From IMG/VR virus record IMGVR_UViG_3300025711_000006: 64,000 nucleotides of DNA; one strand, 5' to 3'. The DNA is from a virus. Its lineage: Duplodnaviria; Heunggongvirae; Uroviricota; Caudoviricetes. Below are positions 18,148 to 26,533 of the stretch, piece by piece (the stretch's first letter is position 1; every line of letters begins with the position of its first letter). Under the pieces are notes generated by a model. That model saw only the letters and a list, made by a program, of their open reading frames with translations, searched no databases and was not told where the DNA came from. The translations under genes and the position numbers were made by a program.

Positions 18148-18519
18148 TTAGAAGGTCTTTGTGATAGTCACCTGCCCGACCTCACAAGGTACGTCATCAA
18201 ACTTAGTTTCATGGGGCAAATCTTTGTTCCCGTGATAGAAAATTTCATTATCGTCTACCACGTACAGCCCAACTTGCGTACCCTTGCGAACGTTGCAACG
18301 GCAGACGCCGCCGACCAACTGGCTAGTAGTGATTAGCCAACCGTCGTGGGTCCATACGTCGGTATCACGGAACAAATCAAAGTTTTTATCATGCTCATTA
18401 GCACGGATACGCAAATCGGCTTGCGCGTCATTGCGGGACCGGCCCAGGTGTGCGGCGCTGCCCTCCCAAAGGTGGAAGCCCATTTGCAGCCGTTCATAAT
18501 GATCCGCTTTCTTTTTCAC
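18148..18519 (-). CDS. hypothetical protein (123 aa), GTG start
   Basis: Start codon is GTG (plus cac at 18517-18519); AAGG RBS. Confidence 0.5.
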   Translation of the reverse strand: MKKKADHYERLQMGFHLWEGSAAHLGRSRNDAQADLRIRANEHDKNFDLFRDTDVWTHDGWLITTSQLVGGVCRCNVRKGTQVGLYVVDDNEIFYHGNKDLPHETKFDDVPCEVGQVTITKTF

Positions 18520-18554
18520 TACCTTACGTCCTTACCTGGGTTTCTGTTGTGTTA

Positions 18555-18580
18555 ATGCTATAGCGTTTCTATAGAACGCC
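18555..18580 (-). promoter_or_regulatory. divergent variant of the CTATAG-N5-CTATAG dyad element (copy 4)
   Basis: CTATAGcgtttCTATAG upstream of 18519 gene; flanking hexamers differ from other copies. Confidence 0.4.
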
Positions 18581-18603
18581 TTAGCGGGTTAATTCTAAGT
18601 GTA

Positions 18604-18632
18604 CGAAAAAGCCCCGTCAAGGGGGACGGGGC
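18604..18632 (-). terminator. rho-independent terminator (minus strand)
   Basis: GCCCCGTCCCCCTTGACGGGGC hairpin followed by T5 on the minus strand. Confidence 0.65.
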
Positions 18633-18687
18633 TCTATAATAGCACTTTGAGGGCTAGTGTCAGAGAAAACCGACGAAAGCACGGGGC

Positions 18688-18861
18688 CTAATCCGCCCTA
18701 GCCACGTTCTGAGACGCCCAGGAACGGGGGACGCTAATCCGATCAAGGCAAGGGGCGCCCGTGGCTTGTGTGACGCCCTGGGCGGCTTCCTGGCTAACGC
18801 CAGGGCCTGGGCCTGGGATGCACAGCGTTACAACTAACGCGATTTCTGCAAACGGACTCAT
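18688..18861 (-). CDS. small hydrophobic protein (57 aa), below cutoff
   Basis: Strong SD AAGGAG 8 nt upstream of ATG; MSPFAEIALVVTLCIPGPGPGVSQEAAQ... Confidence 0.35.
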   Translation of the reverse strand: MSPFAEIALVVTLCIPGPGPGVSQEAAQGVTQATGAPCLDRISVPRSWASQNVARAD

Positions 18862-18878
18862 CTAGTAAATCTCCTTAC

Positions 18879-19166
18879 TTACTTTCGCCGGGGGTTAGGC
18901 CGTAGGGCCTTGATCTTTTCCAGGGGCGGGCCGTACCCGTCGAACATTCCCTTACTTACCAGTTGGTAAGCGGGGCCCTGTAGCTCTAGCTTGTCATACA
19001 GGGCCTTTACCTGGGCCCGCTCTAGCTCCCCTAGGCCCTCCCTATCTAGCTTGCCTATAAACGCCTTTAGAATGGCGGCAAGCTCGGGGGATAGCGCCTT
19101 AATGTCGAGTTGATCCCCTTTAATCAAGGGGGGCGGTGAAGGCCGTAGCCAGGGCGGTAGGTTCAT
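18879..19166 (-). CDS. hypothetical protein (95 aa)
   Basis: ORF. Confidence 0.45.
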   Translation of the reverse strand: MNLPPWLRPSPPPLIKGDQLDIKALSPELAAILKAFIGKLDREGLGELERAQVKALYDKLELQGPAYQLVSKGMFDGYGPPLEKIKALRPNPRRK

Positions 19167-19333
19167 TACAGCGGCCCTACTCTACCAGTCGAAGCGTACA
19201 GGGCAGAACGGGCCGTTTTGATACGACAAAATAGGCACGGCCCCATACCCTAGCATTTGAAGCGGCACCCAGTCTTTGCGGGTCACACAAAGGCTATGAG
19301 AATCACGGATAGCGTAAACGTACATAAAGCCCC

Positions 19334-19693
19334 CTATTGCGATAGACGTTTGATAATCTCGTCATGCGATAGATTAGCCAGTAATGCGTCCACCCTTGCG
19401 GCTTTTTCACTATCGGCCTTTTCCATTGCTTCACGGGCTTGGCGGTCTTCAGTGGTGGCAAGCTTTCCGGCCTCGGTTAGCTCGGGATCTACGGAAACAT
19501 AAAGGCTAATTTCCCGCCCTCCCTTATCCACAAAAACAGCGCGGCCAGACGCTTTAATCTTAACCGTGAATTGTGACTTTACCAGTCGCTCTACGGTAGG
19601 CCAATCGAACGAACCCGCGAAAGTCCCGCCCACCACTTTAACGGAGTTTCGGCTATCTAGGCGCGTGTGGTAGCAGATGTTTTTGTGAGTCAC
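19334..19693 (-). CDS. hypothetical protein (119 aa)
   Basis: ORF. Confidence 0.5.
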   Translation of the reverse strand: MTHKNICYHTRLDSRNSVKVVGGTFAGSFDWPTVERLVKSQFTVKIKASGRAVFVDKGGREISLYVSVDPELTEAGKLATTEDRQAREAMEKADSEKAARVDALLANLSHDEIIKRLSQ

Positions 19694-19986
19694 GGCTTAA
19701 CCTCCCTTGCTGGGGAACGCTGGGAGAATACGACCTTATCAAAGTAGGCGGATTTAGTAAGCCCGCCATTAACGGGCCGCTTGCGGTAAAGCTCCCAGAC
19801 TTCGATATCCTGGGCCTTACCGTCGCCCAGGTATTCCCCCTGGGCGTCATACTCCACGGTAATGACAGCCGAACGCACGCCATAGTTAGAGACGGTATCA
19901 CCAAAAAGGCGCATCGTCTTAGCGGTGAAAAAATGGGGTTCGTGCCCCGCTGCCTCTACCCTTGCAATAAGTTCTTTAACTTCCAT
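19690..19986 (-). CDS. hypothetical protein (98 aa)
   Basis: 4-nt overlap with next gene. Confidence 0.5.
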   Translation of the reverse strand: MEVKELIARVEAAGHEPHFFTAKTMRLFGDTVSNYGVRSAVITVEYDAQGEYLGDGKAQDIEVWELYRKRPVNGGLTKSAYFDKVVFSQRSPAREVKP

Positions 19987-20061
19987 TGCCTTTCCCTCTA
20001 CCCTGCCGCTTGTATTCTTGCATTAGCCTACCCAGCTTCAGATAGGCTAACCCAATAGCTA

Positions 20062-20247
20062 CTAGCTGTTAACTTCGACCGTATGGCAGTTGGTCACTTT
20101 GTAGCCGTCCTTTTCGGCCTTTTCAATTGCAGCCGTTCGGGCGTTGTCCTTGTCGCGGGCTTGGACACTAACAGGAAGCTTTTTAAACTCCCCGCTTTCG
20201 TCTTGAACCTGCAAAGTTACCTTGTAGCTTGTCTGGTCTGGCTTCAT
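20062..20247 (-). CDS. hypothetical protein (61 aa)
   Basis: ORF. Confidence 0.4.
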   Translation of the reverse strand: MKPDQTSYKVTLQVQDESGEFKKLPVSVQARDKDNARTAAIEKAEKDGYKVTNCHTVEVNS

Positions 20248-20251
20248 TGCT

Positions 20252-20575
20252 TTATTCCCCTATCTTAACGCGGCGTTTAATGAGACGGGATGGGTATTCA
20301 GGTACGTTTGTTCGGTACGCCTGCAAATCCCGCTTGGCTTCTTTGTAGTCGGTGCTGCCTGTTACGTCCTCCCACCGTTGCCCGTGCCCATAGTCCACTT
20401 GAACAATATGTTGAACTTCAGTGGTAGCAGGGCCCCGCGCTTTAGTAACGCGGATATCGGCGGGATACTCCCCACGCTCTACAAGGGATTTCCGCACTTC
20501 ATCGGCGGTAAAGCTACCCTCATAAGTTACCGTATCCAGCAACTTTCGACCGTTATACACTTTAAAGCTGGCCAT
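20252..20575 (-). CDS. hypothetical protein (107 aa)
   Basis: ORF. Confidence 0.5.
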   Translation of the reverse strand: MASFKVYNGRKLLDTVTYEGSFTADEVRKSLVERGEYPADIRVTKARGPATTEVQHIVQVDYGHGQRWEDVTGSTDYKEAKRDLQAYRTNVPEYPSRLIKRRVKIGE

Positions 20576-20578
20576 TGT

Positions 20579-20953
20579 TCAAGCCTCCCCACGCTTAGGC
20601 AACGTTGCAAGGTCTACAACATCACGGATATTACTAATGTCCTGGTAATGGTCATAAAGGGCCGCTTCCACGCCCTCTACGCTTTCCGCCCATACCGTGG
20701 TAGTAATGGCGTAGGTAACGCCCAGGGCCCCAGTAGAGCGCCCGTTAAAGGTGACGTTAAAGCACTTGTAGCCGGTGAGGTCGATAACGTCTACGCACTT
20801 AACAAAGTTTTCGTTTTCGTCGCTGCCCATATTGAAGCGCTGCCCGACAAAGTATTGGCGCGTTTCTTCAAAGGGTACGGCCCCGTTAACGTCGGTGACG
20901 TAGTTATAACGGGGGTTTTCCATGATGACTCTAACGCCCTTGAGACTGGCCAT
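20579..20953 (-). CDS. hypothetical protein (124 aa)
   Basis: ORF. Confidence 0.5.
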   Translation of the reverse strand: MASLKGVRVIMENPRYNYVTDVNGAVPFEETRQYFVGQRFNMGSDENENFVKCVDVIDLTGYKCFNVTFNGRSTGALGVTYAITTTVWAESVEGVEAALYDHYQDISNIRDVVDLATLPKRGEA

Positions 20954-21396
20954 TAATCAAGCCCCCACTTTTCGTTATCATACCCAGGAAGGGCGGGAAT
21001 CAGAATCCCGCGCAACTTATTTAACAGCTTGAATGCCTGGGTTTTCTCCCAGTTGTCGCACTCGCACGACTGATAAGCTAGGCAATCAATCAATTTGAGC
21101 GCCTGCAATACCGATACCGGGGCAGCTTTCAAATCAAGAACAACTTTACCTGTAAACGGTTCTTGCGAAACATCCGAACGATGCTTATAGCAATGATTAT
21201 AAGAACGGACGTTTTCAGCCATAAGCAAGTTTGCTTGCTGTTGCGCCGTTTTCAAGGCGTTCATTACATAATGATATGCCTCGGGATCATCCTGATATTG
21301 CCACGGGTTAACGCTACCATTGTAACGACGTTCGGCGTTAAACGCGGCCTGCAAAATGGCGGAAATAGTTTTATCGCTAACGACGAAGGCAGACAT
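20953..21396 (-). CDS. hypothetical protein (147 aa)
   Basis: ORF. Confidence 0.5.
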   Translation of the reverse strand: MSAFVVSDKTISAILQAAFNAERRYNGSVNPWQYQDDPEAYHYVMNALKTAQQQANLLMAENVRSYNHCYKHRSDVSQEPFTGKVVLDLKAAPVSVLQALKLIDCLAYQSCECDNWEKTQAFKLLNKLRGILIPALPGYDNEKWGLD

Positions 21397-22106
21397 TATT
21401 TAGCCCCCAGGTTATCGAATTCATCCGCCATATTTTGGAACTGCCCGAAAAGGTGGGAAAGTTCTTTAGGGCCGCTTGCGTCTTGATCGGCATAATCTGC
21501 CTTAAAAAGGTATTCATGCAGGGCACGACTACCGGGCACGCCCCAGGCTTGGAACTTATCCCCGTAGCCGTAGAGGGCAGAGTTAGGGCGGATAGATCCA
21601 TGTTTGATTTGAAGACGGCCCGCGTCCGTCCATTCGCAACGGGCGCCCATCTTTTTAAAGTTGTGCCGGTAGTCGGCACCTTTCGGCTCGCTTACCTCTA
21701 GCAAAATTTCGACAATACGTCCGCTTTTTGTGCAGTCATCCATGCGATGGAAAAACTTTACTTTAACCTCAGTGCTGGCCCCGCTGAAACTGGTATCAGT
21801 GATAAGGCTAGCGGCCCAGTCGTCGCAATAGTCTTCTTTATCAATGCCAGGGATAAGGGTCATTGGCTTGAAAAGCAACGTCGGGCCGTTGCGGTATTCA
21901 GTGAAGGGAACAACGGTAAACAGCTTGAGGGCTTCCAATGCTCCCCCCAGGCCCTCTACTGGAATGCGGGCCGTCGTTTCCCCATCCTGGGAAAAATGCA
22001 CAAAAGACGGGGCCAGGGGCAGCAAGGTCGCCACGGCGTGCTGTAGCTCAAGGTCGGCCAGTTCGCGGGCGTGCTTTGCCTTCAGCGCTTCGATACTTTT
22101 TAACAT
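21396..22106 (-). CDS. hypothetical protein (236 aa)
   Basis: First gene after promoter cassette 5; AAAGGAGAT RBS. Confidence 0.55.
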   Translation of the reverse strand: MLKSIEALKAKHARELADLELQHAVATLLPLAPSFVHFSQDGETTARIPVEGLGGALEALKLFTVVPFTEYRNGPTLLFKPMTLIPGIDKEDYCDDWAASLITDTSFSGASTEVKVKFFHRMDDCTKSGRIVEILLEVSEPKGADYRHNFKKMGARCEWTDAGRLQIKHGSIRPNSALYGYGDKFQAWGVPGSRALHEYLFKADYADQDASGPKELSHLFGQFQNMADEFDNLGAK

Positions 22107-22152
22107 TTTATCTCCTTTGCCCTACGGGGCGCTTCCTTTGTGTGTAGCCCGC

Positions 22153-22181
22153 ATTCTATCGCTATAGAATCTCTATAGCAA
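22153..22181 (-). promoter_or_regulatory. repeated promoter cassette copy 5 (TTGCTA-N17-TAGAAT)
   Basis: TTGCTAtagagattctatagcgaTAGAAT. Confidence 0.6.
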
Positions 22182-22189
22182 GCGTTTAT

Positions 22190-22471
22190 TTACTCGGGGT
22201 CAGCTACGCGGGTAACGCGCGTAACGGGGGTGGGTAGCTCCCCCTCAAAATGCATAAGCCCGCCCGTCTGTTGCAAGCCCTGGCCCCCGAACGTTTGAGG
22301 CTGGCGGTAGGTGGCGTTAACGGACGCTTGCAAGGCTTGCATTTTGCCCCCTGATTCCCCGGTGAAAATCACGCTTTCACCGATAGCCAAAGCATCCATG
22401 ATAGCTTTGCGGCTACGGATGGCCGGGGGATATGCGATATTGTGTTTACTGGTCACTCTCAGGGACTCCAT
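22190..22471 (-). CDS. hypothetical protein (93 aa)
   Basis: ORF. Confidence 0.45.
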   Translation of the reverse strand: MESLRVTSKHNIAYPPAIRSRKAIMDALAIGESVIFTGESGGKMQALQASVNATYRQPQTFGGQGLQQTGGLMHFEGELPTPVTRVTRVADPE

Positions 22472-22730
22472 AAGCAGATTCGATTAGGGTGGAACAATGG
22501 GCGCATTGTAGCGGTTCGCCCTCCCAATGGATATCACAGCCTGCCGCGTTCCACCCATCACGCAAGCCCGCCCGCGTTGCCTTGCTAATCAGGCGGTAAT
22601 TTTCCTTTGCGCACTTGCTGCAAAGGCACTCCCCATCCGCCATTACCAATACTTTCGGGTAGCCCCCAGGGAAGGCGTTAGGCTGGCGAATGAATTCCTT
22701 TACAGCTTGTACAACTTCGTTACGTGCCAT
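22446..22730 (-). CDS. zinc-finger protein (94 aa)
   Basis: CLCSKC ... CAHC Cys4 arrangement. Confidence 0.5.
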   Translation of the reverse strand: MARNEVVQAVKEFIRQPNAFPGGYPKVLVMADGECLCSKCAKENYRLISKATRAGLRDGWNAAGCDIHWEGEPLQCAHCSTLIESAYGVPESDQ

Positions 22731-22741
22731 ACGTGGCCCCT

Positions 22742-22951
22742 TTAAACGTAGTAGACGGTTTTGAATTGACGCTGAAACTTAGCGTCATTCTGTCCGTAAA
22801 AAGTATCGGTGCGAACGGCCCCCAGTTCAAAATCACGGTAGGCGTTTTCGCCAATTTCCCGTAACTTACCCTCGGGGCTTACAACGTGATACGTGACTTC
22901 ACCGTCGCTAACTCGCACACGGCGGCAAAGTTCTTTAGACTTCAGGGCCAT
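22742..22951 (-). CDS. hypothetical protein (69 aa)
   Basis: ORF. Confidence 0.45.
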   Translation of the reverse strand: MALKSKELCRRVRVSDGEVTYHVVSPEGKLREIGENAYRDFELGAVRTDTFYGQNDAKFQRQFKTVYYV

Positions 22952-23514
22952 TAGTTGCCCACCTTATCCAGGGGAGGCAAGCCCGCGCTTTTCATCATGC
23001 CGCCGATATGTTCGATAACCTGGGCTTTCAAAGCCTTCAGCGTTTTTTGTTCGGGAATGCCGTCTACAAGGCCCGCGCATTGGATACGTTGCACCCACTT
23101 GCCGAACGCTTTAACGCCTACTGCAATGGTCCCGCCTACGGCCTGGGGGTGGGCTACCTGATAAGTACAGCTAAGCCATTTATTGGTTTTCGCGTTGTCG
23201 GCTACCGCCTGGGCGATTTGCTCCACGGTCACTGTATTAACCTGGGGGACTACAGGGGCGGCAAACTTGCCCTCTACCTTGTAGCTTGCCCCGGCACTCT
23301 CAGACCATTTAAACGACAACAGTGATTCATCGCTGAAGCTAACCAGCATGAAAGTACAGCGCCCGCTATCGTTGCGCTTTTCGCTTTCCAGGTGGGCGGC
23401 TTCGAAGTGATAGCGTTTACCGGCGTAGTCTACGCAATAGCCCCCGGTCAAGGTAACAGCGGCCATGGGCTGGCTTACAATGTCGTGAACCTGGGCGGCA
23501 ATGGTCTTTTGCAT
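22951..23514 (-). CDS. hypothetical protein (187 aa)
   Basis: ORF. Confidence 0.55.
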   Translation of the reverse strand: MQKTIAAQVHDIVSQPMAAVTLTGGYCVDYAGKRYHFEAAHLESEKRNDSGRCTFMLVSFSDESLLSFKWSESAGASYKVEGKFAAPVVPQVNTVTVEQIAQAVADNAKTNKWLSCTYQVAHPQAVGGTIAVGVKAFGKWVQRIQCAGLVDGIPEQKTLKALKAQVIEHIGGMMKSAGLPPLDKVGN

Positions 23515-23589
23515 GGTTGTAGCTCCGTTGGTGCCATACGTGGCGTGGGGTACTTCTACGGGCTTAGCCCCAATTAAGGGGCTAAAGGT

Positions 23590-23745
23590 TATGACGCTTT
23601 CTTGCTAATGTCGCGGATGAAACTCTCTTTTGTCCTGGCCGTGGATTCCACGCCTAGGCGCTTTGCAAAGGCTTTCGCCTCCTTTAACGTCACAGCGTTG
23701 GTATCAAGTTTAGTTATCAGCAATTGCAAACTTTGCCGGTCCATT
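23590..23745 (-). CDS. small protein (51 aa), below cutoff
   Basis: Perfect SD AAGGAGG upstream of ATG; MDRQSLQLLITKLDTNAVTLKEAKAFAKRLGVESTARTKESFIRDISKKAS. Confidence 0.35.
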
Positions 23746-23746
23746 G

Positions 23747-23995
23747 CTAGCCCTCCTTACTTGCGAGATTAGGCCGAACATGCACGGGCGTAGCCTTGAT
23801 AACCGGCACCGTCCCCAGGCGGTAGGAATCCCCGAAAAGGCTAACGCCCATATCAGGACACTTTTTCAAATCGCCAGGGCACACGGTTTTCAAGTGGCCG
23901 TTAACCTCCACCGTATCGCCTGGGCGAATAGTGTTAACGTGTACCGGTTCACGGTCGCACAAAATGCCGTCGATTGTTACGCGGGTAGCGGCCAT
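23747..23995 (-). CDS. hypothetical protein (82 aa)
   Basis: ORF. Confidence 0.45.
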   Translation of the reverse strand: MAATRVTIDGILCDREPVHVNTIRPGDTVEVNGHLKTVCPGDLKKCPDMGVSLFGDSYRLGTVPVIKATPVHVRPNLASKEG

Positions 23996-24543
23996 TATTC
24001 GGCCACCTTATAAGCCTTGCTAAGGCCGTATTCCTTGAGGAAATCAGGGGCGCTAAGTTTCGCCGCTCCATTGCAATAATTGTCGCGGTAGTCGGTAAAG
24101 TTCGCATACAGGCGGGACAATTCAACTTTGCTAAGCTGGCCCATTGCCCGCCACTTAGCGTCAAAGTATTGCGGCCCGTATACCTCCTTAGCGGCCTGCA
24201 AAGCGGCCAGGATAATGCGGCGTTCGTCTTCAATCGGTGCCGCGCTTTCCTGGGTATCGGTGCCGTCTAATGCCTCCCCCAGGTATTCCAGGCGGATAGT
24301 CATATGTGAAACACTGGTGACTACCTTAGCCGGGGAAAAGGCATCCACCATAACGCCCATTTGCAAATCGCGCACAGCGGCGGCAACGTGGGAAAGGGGA
24401 TCAAGCGGGCCCAGGTCTAGCAGGTTGCGGACTTCACTGATAAGCAAAGCGGCTTCTTTAGCGGCCTCCTTATATTGCGCATCCACCACAGCGGCACCGC
24501 CCAGGGCGTCAAGGTTCCACAAAGTATCCTTAATATTCATCGC
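23995..24543 (-). CDS. hypothetical protein (~183 aa)
   Basis: Listed start 24618 overlaps the promoter; start is more likely MNIKDTLWN at 24543 with GGAG RBS. Confidence 0.5.
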   Translation of the reverse strand, partial: AMNIKDTLWNLDALGGAAVVDAQYKEAAKEAALLISEVRNLLDLGPLDPLSHVAAAVRDLQMGVMVDAFSPAKVVTSVSHMTIRLEYLGEALDGTDTQESAAPIEDERRIILAALQAAKEVYGPQYFDAKWRAMGQLSKVELSRLYANFTDYRDNYCNGAAKLSAPDFLKEYGLSKAYKVAE

Positions 24544-24599
24544 TTGCCTACTCCGTTGCTGCCCTACTGGGCGGGGTTGTCTTGCTTCGATAGGCGTTA

Positions 24600-24628
24600 C
24601 TCTATCGATATAGATCACCTATAGCAAG
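24600..24628 (-). promoter_or_regulatory. repeated promoter cassette copy 6 (TTGCTA-N17-TAGAGT)
   Basis: TTGCTAtaggtgatctatatcgaTAGAGT. Confidence 0.5.
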
Positions 24629-24639
24629 CCCCGTTGCGA

Positions 24640-25281
24640 AAATCTTTGCTCCCCTTCCTGGCGCCTCCCAGGACTGCCCCAGGTTGGCCCCCAGGGCCTG
24701 GGCTTGCGTAGGCATATAATGAAGGGAACCCGCTCCCAGGTAAACCAGGGCGGGCGCCTGGGCTGGCCAGGAAAATAAATCTAGCCGGGGCCTTGACCTG
24801 GGGCCTTGTGCTATATAATCTCTATAGCAGTAGCGGGAACGTAGCCAGGCGAAAGCGCCCAGGTGGATACCGGAGTTCAAGGGGGGAGTGTGGGCGCTAT
24901 TTAGATCGTTAGTTAGCTAAGCAACTGAATCGTTAGTTAGCTAATCAAGTATACTGGCGGGGTGTACAGGGGGTGCCGCCCGACTTGGAAGACTTTAGCC
25001 CATTGGCCCGGATCATTCCAGCGACCCCCCTGTAGCGCAAACAGTCTACCCCCTGTAGCGACAACTAGCTAGACCCCCTGTGAGGAAACCGGGTAACTAC
25101 CCTACCCCCTGTGATGGAGTTTTTGAGTACCCACTGTGAGGGAATTTTTGAGGAAGTGTGCGAGATTTTCATATTGGAGGGAGCTTACCCCCTTCCACTC
25201 TCTTGAATGAAAGCATATAGTGCCAGCATCTGAGTGGCAAGCTAGTGTCACAGATTCCATTGACGGGGAGTAAGAGCGGTA
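24640..25281. promoter_or_regulatory. complex control region between leftward early operons and rightward mvaT-like gene
   Basis: Degenerate 7th cassette copy (~24803-24830) reading TTGACC-N17-TAATCT on plus strand; 2 x ATCGTTAGTTAGCTAA direct repeats; 5 x CCCCCTGT(A/G)(G/A) boxes at ~25 bp spacing. Confidence 0.45.
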
Positions 25282-25665
25282 ATGAGTAAGATTGCACAGG
25301 TAAAGAACATCGAGGCACAGCTCAAAGCCCTTCAGGCACAGCTTGCAGCTCTCCAGGCAGACCCAGAGGTAAAGGCCGACCAAGAGTTCGAAGCAGAGCT
25401 TCGCCAGTTGCTCGCTAAGCACAGTCGCTCCCTGGTCGATGTGAATCGAGTGCTCGACCCCAACTATAAGCCTGCTAAAGCTCCCAAGGTGAATGGAGCT
25501 GGCCCAGGCGTAGCTACCAATCCGAAGCCTAAGCTCCGTACATGGCTCAACCCGCACACTCAGGAAAAGGTCGAGTCTACCCACGGCAATAACAAGGTTC
25601 TGAATGCTTGGCGGCAGCAGTGGGGTAAAGAAGCTGTAGCGAGCTGGAAGTTACCAGACGAGTGA
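25282..25665 (+). CDS. MvaT/MvaU-like H-NS family nucleoid-associated protein (xenogeneic silencer)
   Basis: 127 aa; N-terminal coiled coil (LKALQAQLAALQ) and C-terminal KLRTWLNPHTQEKVESTHGNNKVLNAWRQQWG matching the MvaT DNA-binding domain as I recall it. Confidence 0.75.
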   Translation: MSKIAQVKNIEAQLKALQAQLAALQADPEVKADQEFEAELRQLLAKHSRSLVDVNRVLDPNYKPAKAPKVNGAGPGVATNPKPKLRTWLNPHTQEKVESTHGNNKVLNAWRQQWGKEAVASWKLPDE

Positions 25666-25674
25666 TTACTACGA

Positions 25675-25700
25675 AGGGGCCGAAAGGCCCTTTCTTCGTT
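25675..25700 (+). terminator. rho-independent terminator
   Basis: GGGCCGAAAGGCCC hairpin plus TTTCTTCGTTTCT. Confidence 0.6.
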
Positions 25701-25717
25701 TCTGCATCGAGCAAAAG

Positions 25718-25888
25718 AAAGCCGCCTCGGTGGGCGGCTAAAGATCGGATGACGAGTCCGGTCTAAGACTGGTGAAGTGGATGACGAGTCCGCTCCGAGG
25801 TTGACGCTGTAAGTATATCCAGTGCTGTGTGAATGTACAGTGGTTTTCCTCTGAGCAAAGAAAAGCCGCCTCGGTGGGCGGCTCCTCG
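25718..25888 (-). terminator. pair of identical hairpin terminators (minus strand)
   Basis: AAAGAAAGCCGCCTCGGTGGGCGGCT at 25718-25745 and again at 25862-25888, with 2 x GGATGACGAGTCCG direct repeats between them. Confidence 0.5.
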
Positions 25889-26025
25889 TTTGTCGTCGTT
25901 GAGTAGGCGCTCTGTACAGCCGACCCGCTCAGCTTACCCAATGATGGCACCAATCGCAATGGATAGTGGCACCAATGTGGATCCATTCGTCTGATTGTAG
26001 GACTGTCCGTCAATCGGGGATTCCC

Positions 26026-26331
26026 TTACACCTCTTCAGGCGTGACTCTCAACTGGGTTTCCATCTGTCCTGGGTTGAACTCGCAGTCAAGCGTGTAGCC
26101 CGCCCGGACCAGCATCGTCATCAGCGTGTCAATGTTGAAGTCTTCTAGCTGGCCCTGCATGAGCCGGTTAACGTCTGCCGCGTCCACGTGCATCTCATTT
26201 GCCGCCAGTTGGTCTGACCACTCCCTTACCCGGATGTGGGTAATGAGCTGCATCCCGAGCTGCGACCTTACCTGCTTCAGGTTGTAGTCAACCGGATCAT
26301 TCGAGAACAGCTTGAATAGGTTCTGCCCCAT
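26026..26331 (-). CDS. XRE-like HTH DNA-binding protein (candidate repressor or antitoxin-type regulator)
   Basis: 101 aa; C-terminal WSDQLAANEMHVDAADVNRLMQGQ...TLMTMLVRAGYTL fits the HTH_XRE pattern; CCCCCTGTGG box at its RBS. Confidence 0.5.
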   Translation of the reverse strand: MGQNLFKLFSNDPVDYNLKQVRSQLGMQLITHIRVREWSDQLAANEMHVDAADVNRLMQGQLEDFNIDTLMTMLVRAGYTLDCEFNPGQMETQLRVTPEEV

Positions 26332-26368
26332 GGTATCCCCCTGTGGTAGTTCTCACGGACACAAGAAA

Positions 26369-26384
26369 GCCGCCCGAAGGCGGC
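26369..26384. terminator. bidirectional hairpin terminator
   Basis: GCCGCCCGAAGGCGGC flanked by A/T runs on both strands. Confidence 0.5.
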
Positions 26385-26498
26385 TCGCTGTCTTTCTTCG
26401 CTGCCCCTGGATCTTCGGTGGTGCTCTTAACCTGCCGACGATGTGAGCCCAGGCGCCTACGGGGGGCATCCTACCTCCCCACCCCCTGTGATGCAAAT

Positions 26499-26533
26499 CC
26501 TACAGGCAATAAAAAAGCCGCCCATGTGGAGGC
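26499..26533. terminator. bidirectional terminator AGGCAATAAAAAAGCCGCCC...GGCGGCTTT
   Basis: Hairpin with A-run before and T-run after; the same 20-mer leader recurs at 36898. Confidence 0.55.

Noticed and set aside
24602-24880. 92-aa minus-strand ORF, plus the 26343-26747 (+) and 30118-30669 short ORFs
   Set aside because: Arg/Pro/Gly-rich translations of GC-rich regulatory DNA. They overlap promoter repeats, terminators or hairpins, and several frames are open at once.
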